Shown here in pieces: positions 1-9,493 of a DNA stretch of 64,000 bases. Under the pieces are notes generated by a model. That model had not been told where the DNA came from. It made no database searches and was given only the letters and a program-made list of their open reading frames with translations. The DNA comes from an uncultured Parachlamydiaceae bacterium. GTDB lineage: Bacteria; Chlamydiota; Chlamydiia; Chlamydiales; Parachlamydiaceae. The translations under genes were made by a program, and so were the position numbers. The stretch is taken from contig CAVVXH010000010.1 in NCBI GenBank assembly GCA_963752155.1, positions 448,001 to 512,000 of the forward strand. Reading direction: 5' to 3'. Position 1 is the stretch's first letter; every line of letters starts with the position of its first letter.

Positions 1-195
1 AGTACTTTGACGTTTAACATAGGTAAACTCTGCTTGTGTCAGAGGAGTCGTAAAGGAACTTTTGCTTTTACTTCTGTACGCCCCCTTAACAAATAGCTTA
101 ATAAGCCCCTCTTCACGTGTGAAAATAGTCAGAATTTGATCATAGTCCCCATATTTCAAAGTATGAAGAACGATCCCTTCACCGTTTTGTTGCAT
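1..195 (-). CDS. recO: DNA repair protein RecO, N-terminal part (runs off window start)
   Basis: Manual translation from ATG at 195: MQQNGEGIVLHTLKYGDYDQILTIFTREEGLIKLFVKGAYRSKSK. Matches the RecO N-terminal OB-fold pattern (GIVL...YGD.D.I.TIFT...G.I....KGA). Overlaps the pabB stop. Not in the ORF track. Confidence 0.85.
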   Translation of the reverse strand, partial: MQQNGEGIVLHTLKYGDYDQILTIFTREEGLIKLFVKGAYRSKSKSSFTTPLTQAEFTYVKRQST

Positions 196-1606
196 AAGCT
201 AATCCTAAGGCTTTAAATATAGAATCTCCCTTCTGTAAAGTTTCAGCATATTCTCGTTCAGGATCTGAATCAGCGACGACGGCTCCGCCAAGCTGCAGGT
301 CGATTCGACCCTCCTGCACGATTGCCGTACGAATAGCAATATTGAACTCAAAATCTCCATTGTTGCAAAAATAGCCTATAGAGCCGGTGTAGATGCCACG
401 TGTACGGTTTTCCATTTTCTGGATAGTTTCGATGGCCTTGAGTTTAGGGCAGCCTGTCACTGATCCTCCGGGAAAACAGTTACGAATGAGATCTAGAGGA
501 TGAAGATGGGGAACCGGACGAGAATTAATCGTGGCGACAAGATGGAAGACATTGCTATAAGCTTCGCAGCCCCAAATTTCTTTTGTCTCTACACTCCCTG
601 GAAGACTGATTTTCCCTAAGTCATTTCTCATTAAATCGACGATCATAAGTAGCTCTGCGCGTTCCTTTATTGATGAAAGAAGCGTATGACGATTGAATTC
701 GTCTTGATCAGATGTCAATCCTCGCGCAATTGTTCCTTTGATGGGGCGAGTTAACAGATGGTCCCTCCGTTTTTGCAAAAATAATTCGGGTGAAGAAGAG
801 ACAATAGAGAATTGGCGCAATTTAAAATAAGCAGAATAGGGTGCTGGATTGATCTGCATCAGAGTCTCAAAGAGGTCGAAAGGTGATTGATCAAGATTCT
901 CTGAACGGAGGATAAATTGCTGTGAAAGATTCACCTGGTAGACATCTCCATCATAGATGAGTTCTTTGATCTGTTTAACTTTATCTAAGTAATGAGTTTG
1001 AGATTCTCGTTTTTCAAAGATGTAAGATAGGGGGATGGAATTGGATGCTGAAGCCGAGGATGACAAAAACTTTGACCACCACTCTGGAGTGAGCAACTGT
1101 TCCATCGCTTGACATTCTTTTTCCTTTCCTTCAAGGAGTTGTTTCCAATTCTCTTCAATGACAAGCTCTGCGGAACCTGTTGTATGATCGACAATCAGGA
1201 GTAAGGCCGCACGCTGGAAGTAACTATCGGGTGTTGAAATAGGTTCAAAGGTTGTCGGAGAGTGTTGCTCTTCGACATAATGTCCCATTTCGTAACCAAA
1301 AAAGCCAAAATAAGAGGGATAAGAGGATTCTGCATTTGTTTTGAATGCAGGAAGAAGTTTCTTTAAGCCCTCCCAAGGATTTAAAAATAATTTTTTTTTC
1401 GTTTTATTAAAATGTTGGATCCATTGTTGGTTGCCATAAACCCAAATTTGTTCAAAAGGAAAGAGCGATAGAAATGAACGAGAGGATTGAGCTGTTGATT
1501 TTCCTGAATAAAGTAAACAAGTTCCTTCGTACTCTGAAAAATAACGGGCAAGGCGTAATAAGCTTTGGTGATCTATAGGAAAATCAAGTTGAATCGTATT
1601 AGTCAT
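179..1606 (-). CDS. pabB: Aminodeoxychorismate synthase component I (chorismate-binding enzyme)
   Basis: Motifs GDVYQVNLS, SSPELF, RPIKGT (PabB-type), KERAELLMIVDLMRNDLG, FPGGSVTGCPK, RGIYTGSIGY. Confidence 0.88.
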   Translation of the reverse strand: MTNTIQLDFPIDHQSLLRLARYFSEYEGTCLLYSGKSTAQSSRSFLSLFPFEQIWVYGNQQWIQHFNKTKKKLFLNPWEGLKKLLPAFKTNAESSYPSYFGFFGYEMGHYVEEQHSPTTFEPISTPDSYFQRAALLLIVDHTTGSAELVIEENWKQLLEGKEKECQAMEQLLTPEWWSKFLSSSASASNSIPLSYIFEKRESQTHYLDKVKQIKELIYDGDVYQVNLSQQFILRSENLDQSPFDLFETLMQINPAPYSAYFKLRQFSIVSSSPELFLQKRRDHLLTRPIKGTIARGLTSDQDEFNRHTLLSSIKERAELLMIVDLMRNDLGKISLPGSVETKEIWGCEAYSNVFHLVATINSRPVPHLHPLDLIRNCFPGGSVTGCPKLKAIETIQKMENRTRGIYTGSIGYFCNNGDFEFNIAIRTAIVQEGRIDLQLGGAVVADSDPEREYAETLQKGDSIFKALGLAYATKR

Positions 1607-2179
1607 AACGTAAGAAATTTTCTAGTATTAGTAATCCTGACTCTGTGAGGACTGATTCTGGGTGGAATTGCACGCTTTCCAGTAGATATTCGCGATGGCG
1701 TAATCCCATAATTTCATCTTCTTCAGAGACCGCGGTAATTTCGAGGAGAGGGGAGAGAGAAGCCCTTTCGACGACTAAGGAATGATAGCGTGTAGCTTTA
1801 AATTTTTGCGGCATTCCGGTGAAAATTCCTTTGCCGTCATGTTGGATGCAACTTTGTTTGCCGTGCATGGCTTGTCGTGCACGTACAATATTTGCACCAT
1901 AAATTTCCCCTAGGCATTGATGCCCTAAACAAACTCCGAGAACTGGGATTTTTCCTGCTGCTTTTTGGATTAATGTGTTGGAGGTTCCAGCTTCTGAAGG
2001 GCGGCCAGGTCCAGGTCCGATGACAATCCATGAAGGCTTCAGTGCCAGACAGTCTACGACTGTCGAGGGAGAATTACGCAATACTTGAACAGTGACCCCT
2101 AATGATTGAAAGCTCTGCACAAGATTATAGGTAAATGAATCGAAATTATCAATGAGTAGTAGTTGTTTGATTTTTTCAC
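1599..2179 (-). CDS. pabA: Glutamine amidotransferase component II (PabA/TrpG)
   Basis: GPGPGRP, PVLGVCLGHQ, RYHSL, VQFHPES. The frame extends upstream of the tracked ORF with LLLIDNFDSFTYNLVQ. The likely GTG start at ~2179 is one base off frame in an A-run (probable indel). Confidence 0.9.
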
Positions 2180-2772
2180 CCTAAATAATTCCAAAGCTCT
2201 AAACCGATGTGCTTTAACAAGTTGCGTACTGTATTGATCGGTAAACCAATGACGTTGTAATAGCATCCATCGATTTTCTTGACGATGAGGCCGCCTGCCA
2301 TTTGTAGTTGATAGCTTCCAGCCTTATCGTAAAGATGCAGCTTGTCATGATATTCATTGATTTGTTCGATAGTCAATGGATTAAACAATACACGGGTTTC
2401 TTCAGCTTGATGGTATTTTTCCCCTTTGTAGCAAAGTGCTACACCTGTGTAGACACTATGCCATTGTCCTGAGAGCTCTGAAAGCGTTGCAATGGCTTCC
2501 TCTTCATTTTTGGGCTTTCCATAGATTTTTCCATGTCGATACACCATGGTGTCAGCCGCTAGAATCGCCGCATCTGGATATCGTGCAGATAAAATGGCGG
2601 CTTTTTCCTGAGCTAATGTATTAACGTAAGTTTCTGGATTACCTGTGAAAGGGATTGTTGATTCATCAAAATCAGAGGCCATTTGTTCAAAAGGAAGTGA
2701 AAAATAACTCAAGATCTCTTTTCTGCGAGGGGATTGTGAAGCTAAAATGAGCCGAATAGTAGTTTGTTGCAT
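2176..2772 (-). CDS. maf: Maf family nucleotide pyrophosphatase
   Basis: LILASQSPRRKEIL, AADTMV, GKP, LSG..HSVYTGV, DKAGSY, NVIGLP. Confidence 0.93.
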   Translation of the reverse strand: MQQTTIRLILASQSPRRKEILSYFSLPFEQMASDFDESTIPFTGNPETYVNTLAQEKAAILSARYPDAAILAADTMVYRHGKIYGKPKNEEEAIATLSELSGQWHSVYTGVALCYKGEKYHQAEETRVLFNPLTIEQINEYHDKLHLYDKAGSYQLQMAGGLIVKKIDGCYYNVIGLPINTVRNLLKHIGLELWNYLG

Positions 2773-2779
2773 GAATTGT

Positions 2780-3085
2780 CTATTGAATAAAAAGTTGAGA
2801 AATAAGCGAAAATTTCAAATGAGAGATATCTAGCTTCGGACAATAGCTTAGAAGCTTTTGCGATATTCGACTCTCATGGGCTTTAATTTCAGGCAAAGAA
2901 AGCCTTTCTTCATCAAGATATTGGCCGATGTAATGATGATTTTCGTAATGGATGTTTTTAAGTTCTTGAGAGGCTTCATCTAAAAGACTGAGATCTTTCC
3001 ACGTTGGGCTATGTTTCAAATGCATATTCAGTTCAGAGGAGAGTAGAAATCCTGCAAAAAATTTGGTTGTCGTTTTCGAGGTCAT
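2780..3085 (-). CDS. Hypothetical protein
   Basis: 101-aa ORF packed tightly between co-oriented genes. Confidence 0.7.
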   Translation of the reverse strand: MTSKTTTKFFAGFLLSSELNMHLKHSPTWKDLSLLDEASQELKNIHYENHHYIGQYLDEERLSLPEIKAHESRISQKLLSYCPKLDISHLKFSLISQLFIQ

Positions 3086-3097
3086 GACTTTATTCTC

Positions 3098-4612
3098 TTA
3101 ATGGCTATAGTCGATGCGATAGTGAACACCTTCTTTTTCTAGGAAGATCACATTCGGACGTATTTCTGTCAGTCTCATTCCATCGAGTTCATCACCTTTG
3201 GAAAGAATACGGCCATTGATGACAACGCTATAGTCTTGTCCTTTGCGGGAAACTCCAGTGACTTCGTACCTGTCAGTGATGTTAATTATCGATTCATCTG
3301 TAGCTAACTTCACTGTCAAATTTTTAACGTCACGAACACCGGGGATTTTTGAAATGTCGTCGAGAACATTAGCCATTTCTTCATCTTTTTGATTGGGGAT
3401 TCCTCCGGTTAGGGTCAGAATGCCATTTTCCAATTTGACATTCACATTTCGGAATCCAGCATTAAGCAAATAATTAGTTGCTTTGTTTACAACATCTTCT
3501 TCGACAATGATTCTTCTTTCAAGAAGATCCGGATAGGTGAAGTTGTTGGAGATGTATTCAGAAAGCTGATCAAGTTGATTACGCGATTGAAGGTACCCTG
3601 TTAGAACGAATTTACCTGGAGAAGTTGCTTGAACAGAAATTGATTTCCATGCGGGATTTTTTGTAAGCATTTGGTTTGTTTCTTGCCATACAAACTCATC
3701 GATAATCACCCCGCTGTCATCTATTTCCTTAATGGATGAAATACCTTGTAAGTTATAGAGAAGGCGGGTTTTATCTTGTGGGGTGAGTACGTGGCCTAAC
3801 AATTGGAGGACTCCGGTATGTTGATTAAAATAGGATTTGACTGTTGGGAACGTTTTAAGCGCTGCGTCGATGAGTTCTGGAGTCTGAGTCGTTTGTTCCA
3901 AGACCACCGGTTCATTCTTAAAGAGAGCTGCAGTTCCCAAGCCAATGATCCCAAAAAGACCGGCAAGAATACCTAGAACAATGAATGCTCCGATATTATG
4001 GACAGCTTTTTCAGTTTTAACAGGTGGAGGGGGAGGAGGGGTTGGTTCCTCAACTTTAGCAACTGGCTGCTCTATTGGACTTTCAGGTGCTTTTACTGGT
4101 GGAATGGGTTCTTCTTTTTGTAAGACTTTGACGATTGCAGGAAGCAATGGAGAAATAATTGTTTGCATTTCTCCTTCTCTATCGTAAACCGTAAAGGAGG
4201 TGGTTCCTATGCTTATAACTGCGTTCGGAGCGAGTTTTTTCTTACTTTTGACAGATTCTCCATCGATAAGCGTTTGATTACGACTTTTTAAATCTTCAAT
4301 GCTCATCTCATCGTCTGCTGCAATAGTAATTCGGGCATGTTGTCGCGAAACGCTTGTGTCGTGAAAGACGATATCGCATGACGAGGGATCTGTTCCGATG
4401 ACGTAAGTGCTATCGGAATGCATGGAAAATTCCGCACCGTTATTGGGACCTGCGATGACTTTTAATAACCAACGTCCTGCATCTACTAGGTCAAAATTAA
4501 TTTCGGCAAGGGTGGCCTTGTCGCTATCTTCTTCGGCGAAGATAGTATCTCGTTGTTCTTCATTCATTTCGGTATTATTGTTATCAGTAGCTTTATTGGA
4601 TTCCATGGACAA
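3098..4612 (-). CDS. cdsD: T3SS inner-membrane ring protein SctD/CdsD-like (single FHA domain, TM, periplasmic BON-like repeats)
   Basis: FHA domain (LLKVIAGPNNGAEF...IGTDP...DIVFHDTSVSRQHA...IEDLKSRN), Pro-rich linker, TM segment (IGAFIVLGILAGLFGIIGLG), C-terminal VVINGRILSKGDELDGM.LTEI typical of chlamydial CdsD. RBS GGGAGG upstream. Confidence 0.85.
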   Translation of the reverse strand: MSMESNKATDNNNTEMNEEQRDTIFAEEDSDKATLAEINFDLVDAGRWLLKVIAGPNNGAEFSMHSDSTYVIGTDPSSCDIVFHDTSVSRQHARITIAADDEMSIEDLKSRNQTLIDGESVKSKKKLAPNAVISIGTTSFTVYDREGEMQTIISPLLPAIVKVLQKEEPIPPVKAPESPIEQPVAKVEEPTPPPPPPVKTEKAVHNIGAFIVLGILAGLFGIIGLGTAALFKNEPVVLEQTTQTPELIDAALKTFPTVKSYFNQHTGVLQLLGHVLTPQDKTRLLYNLQGISSIKEIDDSGVIIDEFVWQETNQMLTKNPAWKSISVQATSPGKFVLTGYLQSRNQLDQLSEYISNNFTYPDLLERRIIVEEDVVNKATNYLLNAGFRNVNVKLENGILTLTGGIPNQKDEEMANVLDDISKIPGVRDVKNLTVKLATDESIINITDRYEVTGVSRKGQDYSVVINGRILSKGDELDGMRLTEIRPNVIFLEKEGVHYRIDYSH

Positions 4613-4776
4613 CCTCCCTTCTCGTGAAAATGTGCCACTTCTCTTGGCAGCAGTTATCCACTAAAAAAAGTTTTTAAAAGTTAGCTATTATGCTTCTTTT
4701 ATATAAACTTATTCTAGCATCCTCTAAATAAAAATGCAACCTAGTGTAAGATCCTTTTTGCATTTGACTAAATTAA

Positions 4777-4793
4777 TGCAACTTCAGTGCCAA
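4777..4793 (-). promoter_or_regulatory. Sigma-54 (-24/-12) promoter motif upstream of the cdsD-like gene
   Basis: Minus strand reads TTGGCACTGAAGTTGCA, an exact match to TGGCAC-N5-TTGCA, ~165 bp upstream of the ATG. Confidence 0.65.
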
Positions 4794-4869
4794 GTAGCTT
4801 AACAACACAACTAGGCCAGGCAATAAGCTGTGGAGTATGTAACAGACCATCTCATTACCCATAAGATTT

Positions 4870-5392
4870 TAGGAAAAATTAAACGCAAAGGCACGAAGGC
4901 GCAAAGAGCACAAAGAATTTTTAAAGCGCCTTGCCCCATTTCTGGATCCAAAATATGTGACTTCTAATTAAGTATGCACCCCTGATTATAACATCCAAGC
5001 ACTTTTTGGAGTGCTGTGGCTCTGCCACAGCGCGTGAAGAGGGTTTAATCATAAAGTATGCAATTAAAAATTATAGGATGTTGTCTCGCTTTATGACAGG
5101 CCTCCTACTCGTAGCTTCATTCAGACCATAAATGTATGTCAGGAACGGATTTGTAAAACAACAAAACCGTTGCCAACCGAAAGGGAAATTTTTTTTAATT
5201 GCATGCTTTATCATCTAAACCTTCTTCACGCGCTGTGGCAAAGCCACAGCACTCCAAAAAGTTTTTGGATGTTATAATCAGAGGTGCATACTTAATTAGA
5301 AGTCACATATTTTGGCACCAATGGCAAGGCGCTTTAAAAATTATCTCTTTGTGCTCTTTGCGCCTTCGTGCCTTTGCGTTTAATTTTTCCTA
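4870..5392. repeat. ~520-bp imperfect palindromic (MITE/REPIN-like) composite element
   Basis: Arms ~4870-5070 and ~5190-5392 are near reverse complements (taggaaaaattaaacgcaaaggcacgaaggcgcaaagagcacaaag ... ctttgtgctctttgcgccttcgtgcctttgcgtttaatttttccta). Each arm has a GGAG-led hairpin GCTGTGGC-N3-GCCACAGC. Confidence 0.92.
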
Positions 5393-5427
5393 TACTTTAT
5401 CCCCCAATATCGCAGCATCTTTCTCTC

Positions 5428-5814
5428 CTATACTTTAGCTGCCTCTTCACGCCAAAAATTGACGATATGGTAGAAATCTTCTAGAGTTTCTTTAAACTCA
5501 GAGTAGTTGACTCGTTGATTGATCTCACGAGACAATACCATTTTATTTCCGTCGCCATCCAAACCTAAAGTAGCTCCGAAAGTTTCTTTACCAAAAAGAT
5601 TACCTGTCATCATGGAAAGAAGAAAATCATCCTCTTTGGCCTTAGGATAAGGGCCGAGGACGCATGTAAGCCCAAAGCCGAAGGGCTGAACGGGCGTGAT
5701 GAGGATGCAAAGATCCTCACCAACCCAGTACTCATAAACTCCGAGACGAGTAGCCACAAAGGGCTCCTCCATCTGGAGATCTTTGCCTAGTTGACGCATA
5801 AAGTTATCAAGCAT
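5428..5814 (-). CDS. CesT/class I T3SS chaperone (Scc4/CT663-like)
   Basis: 128-aa acidic protein with MM.GNLFGKETFGATLGLD and C-terminal amphipathic helix FKETLEDFYHIVNFWREE. Lies upstream of the cdsD-like gene, as CT663 does. Confidence 0.8.
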   Translation of the reverse strand: MLDNFMRQLGKDLQMEEPFVATRLGVYEYWVGEDLCILITPVQPFGFGLTCVLGPYPKAKEDDFLLSMMTGNLFGKETFGATLGLDGDGNKMVLSREINQRVNYSEFKETLEDFYHIVNFWREEAAKV

Positions 5815-5816
5815 AG

Positions 5817-7256
5817 TTATTTACCTGTTAATGATCTAAAAGCTTGCATTAAATTGCTGAGCATCGTCTTCAACAAATCAAGAGCTTGATCGACTCTTTG
5901 ATTGGCATCGGATTCTATTCCTTTAAAGCTATCTTGATACTTGCCCATTTGATCTTTTAAAGTATTTAAGATTTCTTTATCTGCTTCAAATTGTCCTGTT
6001 TCGTAAGTGCTATAGGCATCTACCATGTTATTAACCGCTTGACCAATAGCGCTAGCGATTTGGCTTAACTGACCCATTTGTTGTGCCTTATTGGATTCAG
6101 CTGTAGTGGCAGCCCTCATCATGGGGATATCTTGATCATGTGTTTTTGGTCTTCCATTTTCATCTACTTCATAGACAGGCACTTCTTCTTTTTCCCCTGT
6201 CCGTACCGGTTCTTGTTCGGGTATTTTATTTCCTTGAGGGTCTTTTTCATACACAACATTGTGTTCCCAATCCGTGAGGTCATTGCCATGATCATCTTTC
6301 TTTGTTTTATAGACAGGCTGGCCATTTTCACCTACTTTATCTTGTAGTTTTGTTTTAAACCTTGTTTCAAATAATGGTTTACCATTATCATCTTTAGCCT
6401 GTATCTTGTCTCCTTCTCTTGCATGGTACAAGGGTATCTTATCACCCGTAAGTGGATCTCTTACTTCTTGTCCATTCTCATCTGTTTTGAAAGCTGGCCT
6501 ATCTTCAAATCCCTTTAAGGAATCCATTGAGAATTTTAATTGGACACCTGCAGAGACTGCTGAGACAACAGCTTGCGCAATTTTAGCTGCCGCTTGTGTG
6601 TCTGCTTCCTCTACAATGACTTTCGCGATAGCTTTTGCTAAATCCATGATGTCGGCCTGGGTCTCTAAAAATAAGTTGGAAGACATTTTTTTCATAATCG
6701 AATTGATGTGTGCAAAATTGGACATGATCTCTTCTAAGGATACTTGGACTAGGCCTCCCATTAAAAGACAAGCTTTTACACCTTGACGTACTCCTTCCAT
6801 ATCACCACTGGCTAAAGATTTCGCAATCTGTGCTGCAGGTGCGCCTGAAGCCAGTGCATTGGTCAGTTTTTCGAGATCATCAATCGAAGTGCTGGTTGAC
6901 CCTGTCGTAGATGGAGTTAATCCATTGGTGACGTAGTCAGCGATCACCTCGCTATGAGTTCCAGGCACTTGAGGATTGCTAATATCTAAGGGGCTTTGAC
7001 TACTCTGTCCGGCGTATAACATTCCACTTTCTACCTGCATCTCCATATTGGTTTGAATCGAAGGGATAGAAATTCCGTCCGCTCCAGTTCCACCACTTGT
7101 TCCAGATGTACCCTTTGAGAACTTATCGTTTAATTGTTGTAAAACTTTTTCAAAGGCGTCTGTAACACTTGGACCTGTTCCTGTACTGGTTCCTCCCTTT
7201 GGTGTTGTATCGGTTGTTGGAGGAGGGGTGGGTGTTGATGTTGGATTCATGCTCAT
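5817..7256 (-). CDS. Putative T3SS translocator/substrate (CopD-like position)
   Basis: S/T/P/G-rich N-terminus, amphipathic segments (AAAKIAQAVVSAVSAGV; LSQIASAIGQAV), helical C-terminus, last large gene of a SycD operon. Confidence 0.5.
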   Translation of the reverse strand: MSMNPTSTPTPPPTTDTTPKGGTSTGTGPSVTDAFEKVLQQLNDKFSKGTSGTSGGTGADGISIPSIQTNMEMQVESGMLYAGQSSQSPLDISNPQVPGTHSEVIADYVTNGLTPSTTGSTSTSIDDLEKLTNALASGAPAAQIAKSLASGDMEGVRQGVKACLLMGGLVQVSLEEIMSNFAHINSIMKKMSSNLFLETQADIMDLAKAIAKVIVEEADTQAAAKIAQAVVSAVSAGVQLKFSMDSLKGFEDRPAFKTDENGQEVRDPLTGDKIPLYHAREGDKIQAKDDNGKPLFETRFKTKLQDKVGENGQPVYKTKKDDHGNDLTDWEHNVVYEKDPQGNKIPEQEPVRTGEKEEVPVYEVDENGRPKTHDQDIPMMRAATTAESNKAQQMGQLSQIASAIGQAVNNMVDAYSTYETGQFEADKEILNTLKDQMGKYQDSFKGIESDANQRVDQALDLLKTMLSNLMQAFRSLTGK

Positions 7257-7285
7257 ATAAATCTCCTTTTTATAGTGAAACTCTA

Positions 7286-8923
7286 CTATGCTGCCACTTG
7301 CACTCCTGTTGTAAAATCAGTTGGATTTGTGGTCCCCGTGTTAACCCCATTTTGTAGAGTTTGAGAAACATTATTTATTTCTTTATTATCGGCTATAAGA
7401 TTTTCTGTATTCGTTCCACTGAGTTCAATGCTCGAATTCAGAGCTCCCAGAAAAGCTTCACTGTTGCCTTGCTCCAGGGCTATAGAAGCTTGCATTAAGT
7501 ACACTTTAAAATCAGGTACATCTTCAGATTTTAAAAGTGAAGATGCCTCTTTGATACCGCTTCCAATGGAAGAACTTTGACTTTTCACAAGAGGCTCTGT
7601 TGAAGTAAGGCTAGTTCCCGATATTGAGGGAGATAGTAGCAGTAAAAGCAGTGTCGTGTTGAGAAGCGATTGTGTGCCTTCTTTGGCTGCACCTTTGATT
7701 TCAGCTGCGTTGACTAAAGTAGAGGAAAGGGCTGCAAGGGCCCTTGAATGGTTTAATATGTCCAGTTGCAGATTATAGGCGAAGTTATTTTCAGATTTTA
7801 CCTCTTCTGCTCTTACTTCATCTTTAATCTCTTCATTTTGTTTTTGATTCGCAGTGGCAGTTGAATTATAATTGAGGGATCCAAGAATTAATGTAGCCGT
7901 AAATGCGGTCGTTGCGAGTTCACTCAGCAGTGCTGTACTGCCTGATGATGAAAGAGTTCCCTTGGAGATAAGTCCTGCACCTGAAGTGAAAGCATCGGTT
8001 ATAGCCGAAAGTCCATTGCCAAGAATGCCCAAATCGGATTCACTGCTTCTAATTCCCTGATTAGCCAAAGAAAGAGAAATCAAAAGCGGGGCAGCTCCAG
8101 GTTGCTCTAGGGAAAGAGCCTTAGCTTGGAGCGCTGCTGCATGCAATGAAGTCCCGAGTAATAGAAGCTCATTCCCTCCGTAGAGGCGGTCAAAACTGTT
8201 TGCTAAACTATCTAACTTATTTCCCACATCTGACATTAAGTAACGCCCATATTTTTCTGTTGCAGGTTCGCCGAGCTGCTCAAAAGCATATTTTAAATCG
8301 TCCATCAACGGCGAGAATGCTCCGACATATCCGGAAATGGTATCAAAGTGAGGATTGTTGGGGCCTACCGCACTTAAAAAGAGTTGTGTTTGGTTAAAGA
8401 GCGTTTCGCTATCAGCAATAAAACCTTTGAGCGCAATGTAGGGGAGCGCTGAATTTTCACTGGCACGTATATCTGCTAAACTTCCCGGCTCAACTGGCAA
8501 TGCCGATTTTGAGAGAAAGGAAAGGAGTTTTGCTTCGTTTGTCAATGTGCCATTGAGCAAAACAACATTGCGATTTTGCTGCCCCTTTGGCAGTTGCATC
8601 ACTGCTTGAAATAAATCGCGAAAATTTTGAGGCAAACCGTTAACAAGACCTTCGTGAAAAGGTTGCCAGCTATCATCTGCAGGCCTATCATAAGAAGTCG
8701 CCACACGATTTTTGATTAAGGGTGCAAGAACAGGCCTATTGGCACTCGCTGAGTATTTAAGGAGTTGTGGATCATCGACAATTAATAAACAAACTTCCAT
8801 TGTATCAGCGACCATTTTCATCGTTTTCATGGCGCTGTCTCTGGCCGCGGTCGTTTCGACGAGTGATCGATAGTCTAGTTGTTTACTGCTACCCGCTATT
8901 TCTGCTCCGCTGGACATGGACAT
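7286..8923 (-). CDS. Hypothetical protein, probable T3SS substrate
   Basis: 545-aa L/S/A-rich ORF directly downstream of a SycD chaperone; contains an RPVLAP motif of the kind seen in chaperone-binding segments. Confidence 0.55.
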   Translation of the reverse strand: MSMSSGAEIAGSSKQLDYRSLVETTAARDSAMKTMKMVADTMEVCLLIVDDPQLLKYSASANRPVLAPLIKNRVATSYDRPADDSWQPFHEGLVNGLPQNFRDLFQAVMQLPKGQQNRNVVLLNGTLTNEAKLLSFLSKSALPVEPGSLADIRASENSALPYIALKGFIADSETLFNQTQLFLSAVGPNNPHFDTISGYVGAFSPLMDDLKYAFEQLGEPATEKYGRYLMSDVGNKLDSLANSFDRLYGGNELLLLGTSLHAAALQAKALSLEQPGAAPLLISLSLANQGIRSSESDLGILGNGLSAITDAFTSGAGLISKGTLSSSGSTALLSELATTAFTATLILGSLNYNSTATANQKQNEEIKDEVRAEEVKSENNFAYNLQLDILNHSRALAALSSTLVNAAEIKGAAKEGTQSLLNTTLLLLLLSPSISGTSLTSTEPLVKSQSSSIGSGIKEASSLLKSEDVPDFKVYLMQASIALEQGNSEAFLGALNSSIELSGTNTENLIADNKEINNVSQTLQNGVNTGTTNPTDFTTGVQVAA

Positions 8924-8936
8924 ATTACCCCCTTAG

Positions 8937-9474
8937 CTATTGCTTATGAATAGCCTCATTGATAGCGCTGATGTAAGCATTTGCTTGCTGTTTAACTTTT
9001 TCATGCTGTGACGAGTCACCGGCTTCTTGAATTGCTCTGTAGAACATGATTTTTGCAACCTCATACTGTTGCAGTTGCATATAACAATCGGCGCAGTGAA
9101 ACCAAGGGTAGGGATTAAAGCTTCTTAAATTGCCACTCATCATGTAAAATGCCGCCGCTTCCTTATACTTTTTGAGCTTATGGAAACTAGCCGCATACGC
9201 GAAAGGAATCGATCGTCTTTGGGATTGAGCTGTAGGATCAAGTAATAGAGTTTATTGGCATCCTCATACTTCCCTTCGCTGTATAAGTCATTCGCAAAGC
9301 TAAAGATCAGTTCGATTAATGCTGGGGGAAACTTAATGGCTTCCATGATGCTATAGCCTTTAAAAATAACATCCCCTAGGATTTGACGATATTGATCCTT
9401 TTCTTCTTTTTTGCAATGACCAGCCATTCTTTCTACTTCATTATCGACAATTTGTTCTTCTTGAATTTTTCCAT
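8937..9474 (-). CDS. SycD/LcrH family TPR chaperone (split by frameshifts)
   Basis: Fragments 9140-9427 and 8937-9143 give IFSFANDLYSEGKYEDANKLY..L..LNP.D.RF and NPYPWFHCADCYMQL. ATG with GAAGGAG RBS at 9474. Confidence 0.8.
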
Positions 9475-9493
9475 ATGGACTCCTTCATTATAA

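Noticed and set aside
5270..5310. Block C (GGTGCATACTTAATTAGAAGTCAC) as a dif-like Xer site, given xerD in the window
   Set aside because: Lacks the XerD arm TTATGTTAAAT and the 11-6-11 layout
5199..5438. Small ORFs within repeat elements (also 17747-17956, 25212-25469, 30216-30503)
   Set aside because: They coincide with non-coding repeat blocks and show no transposase or other motifs
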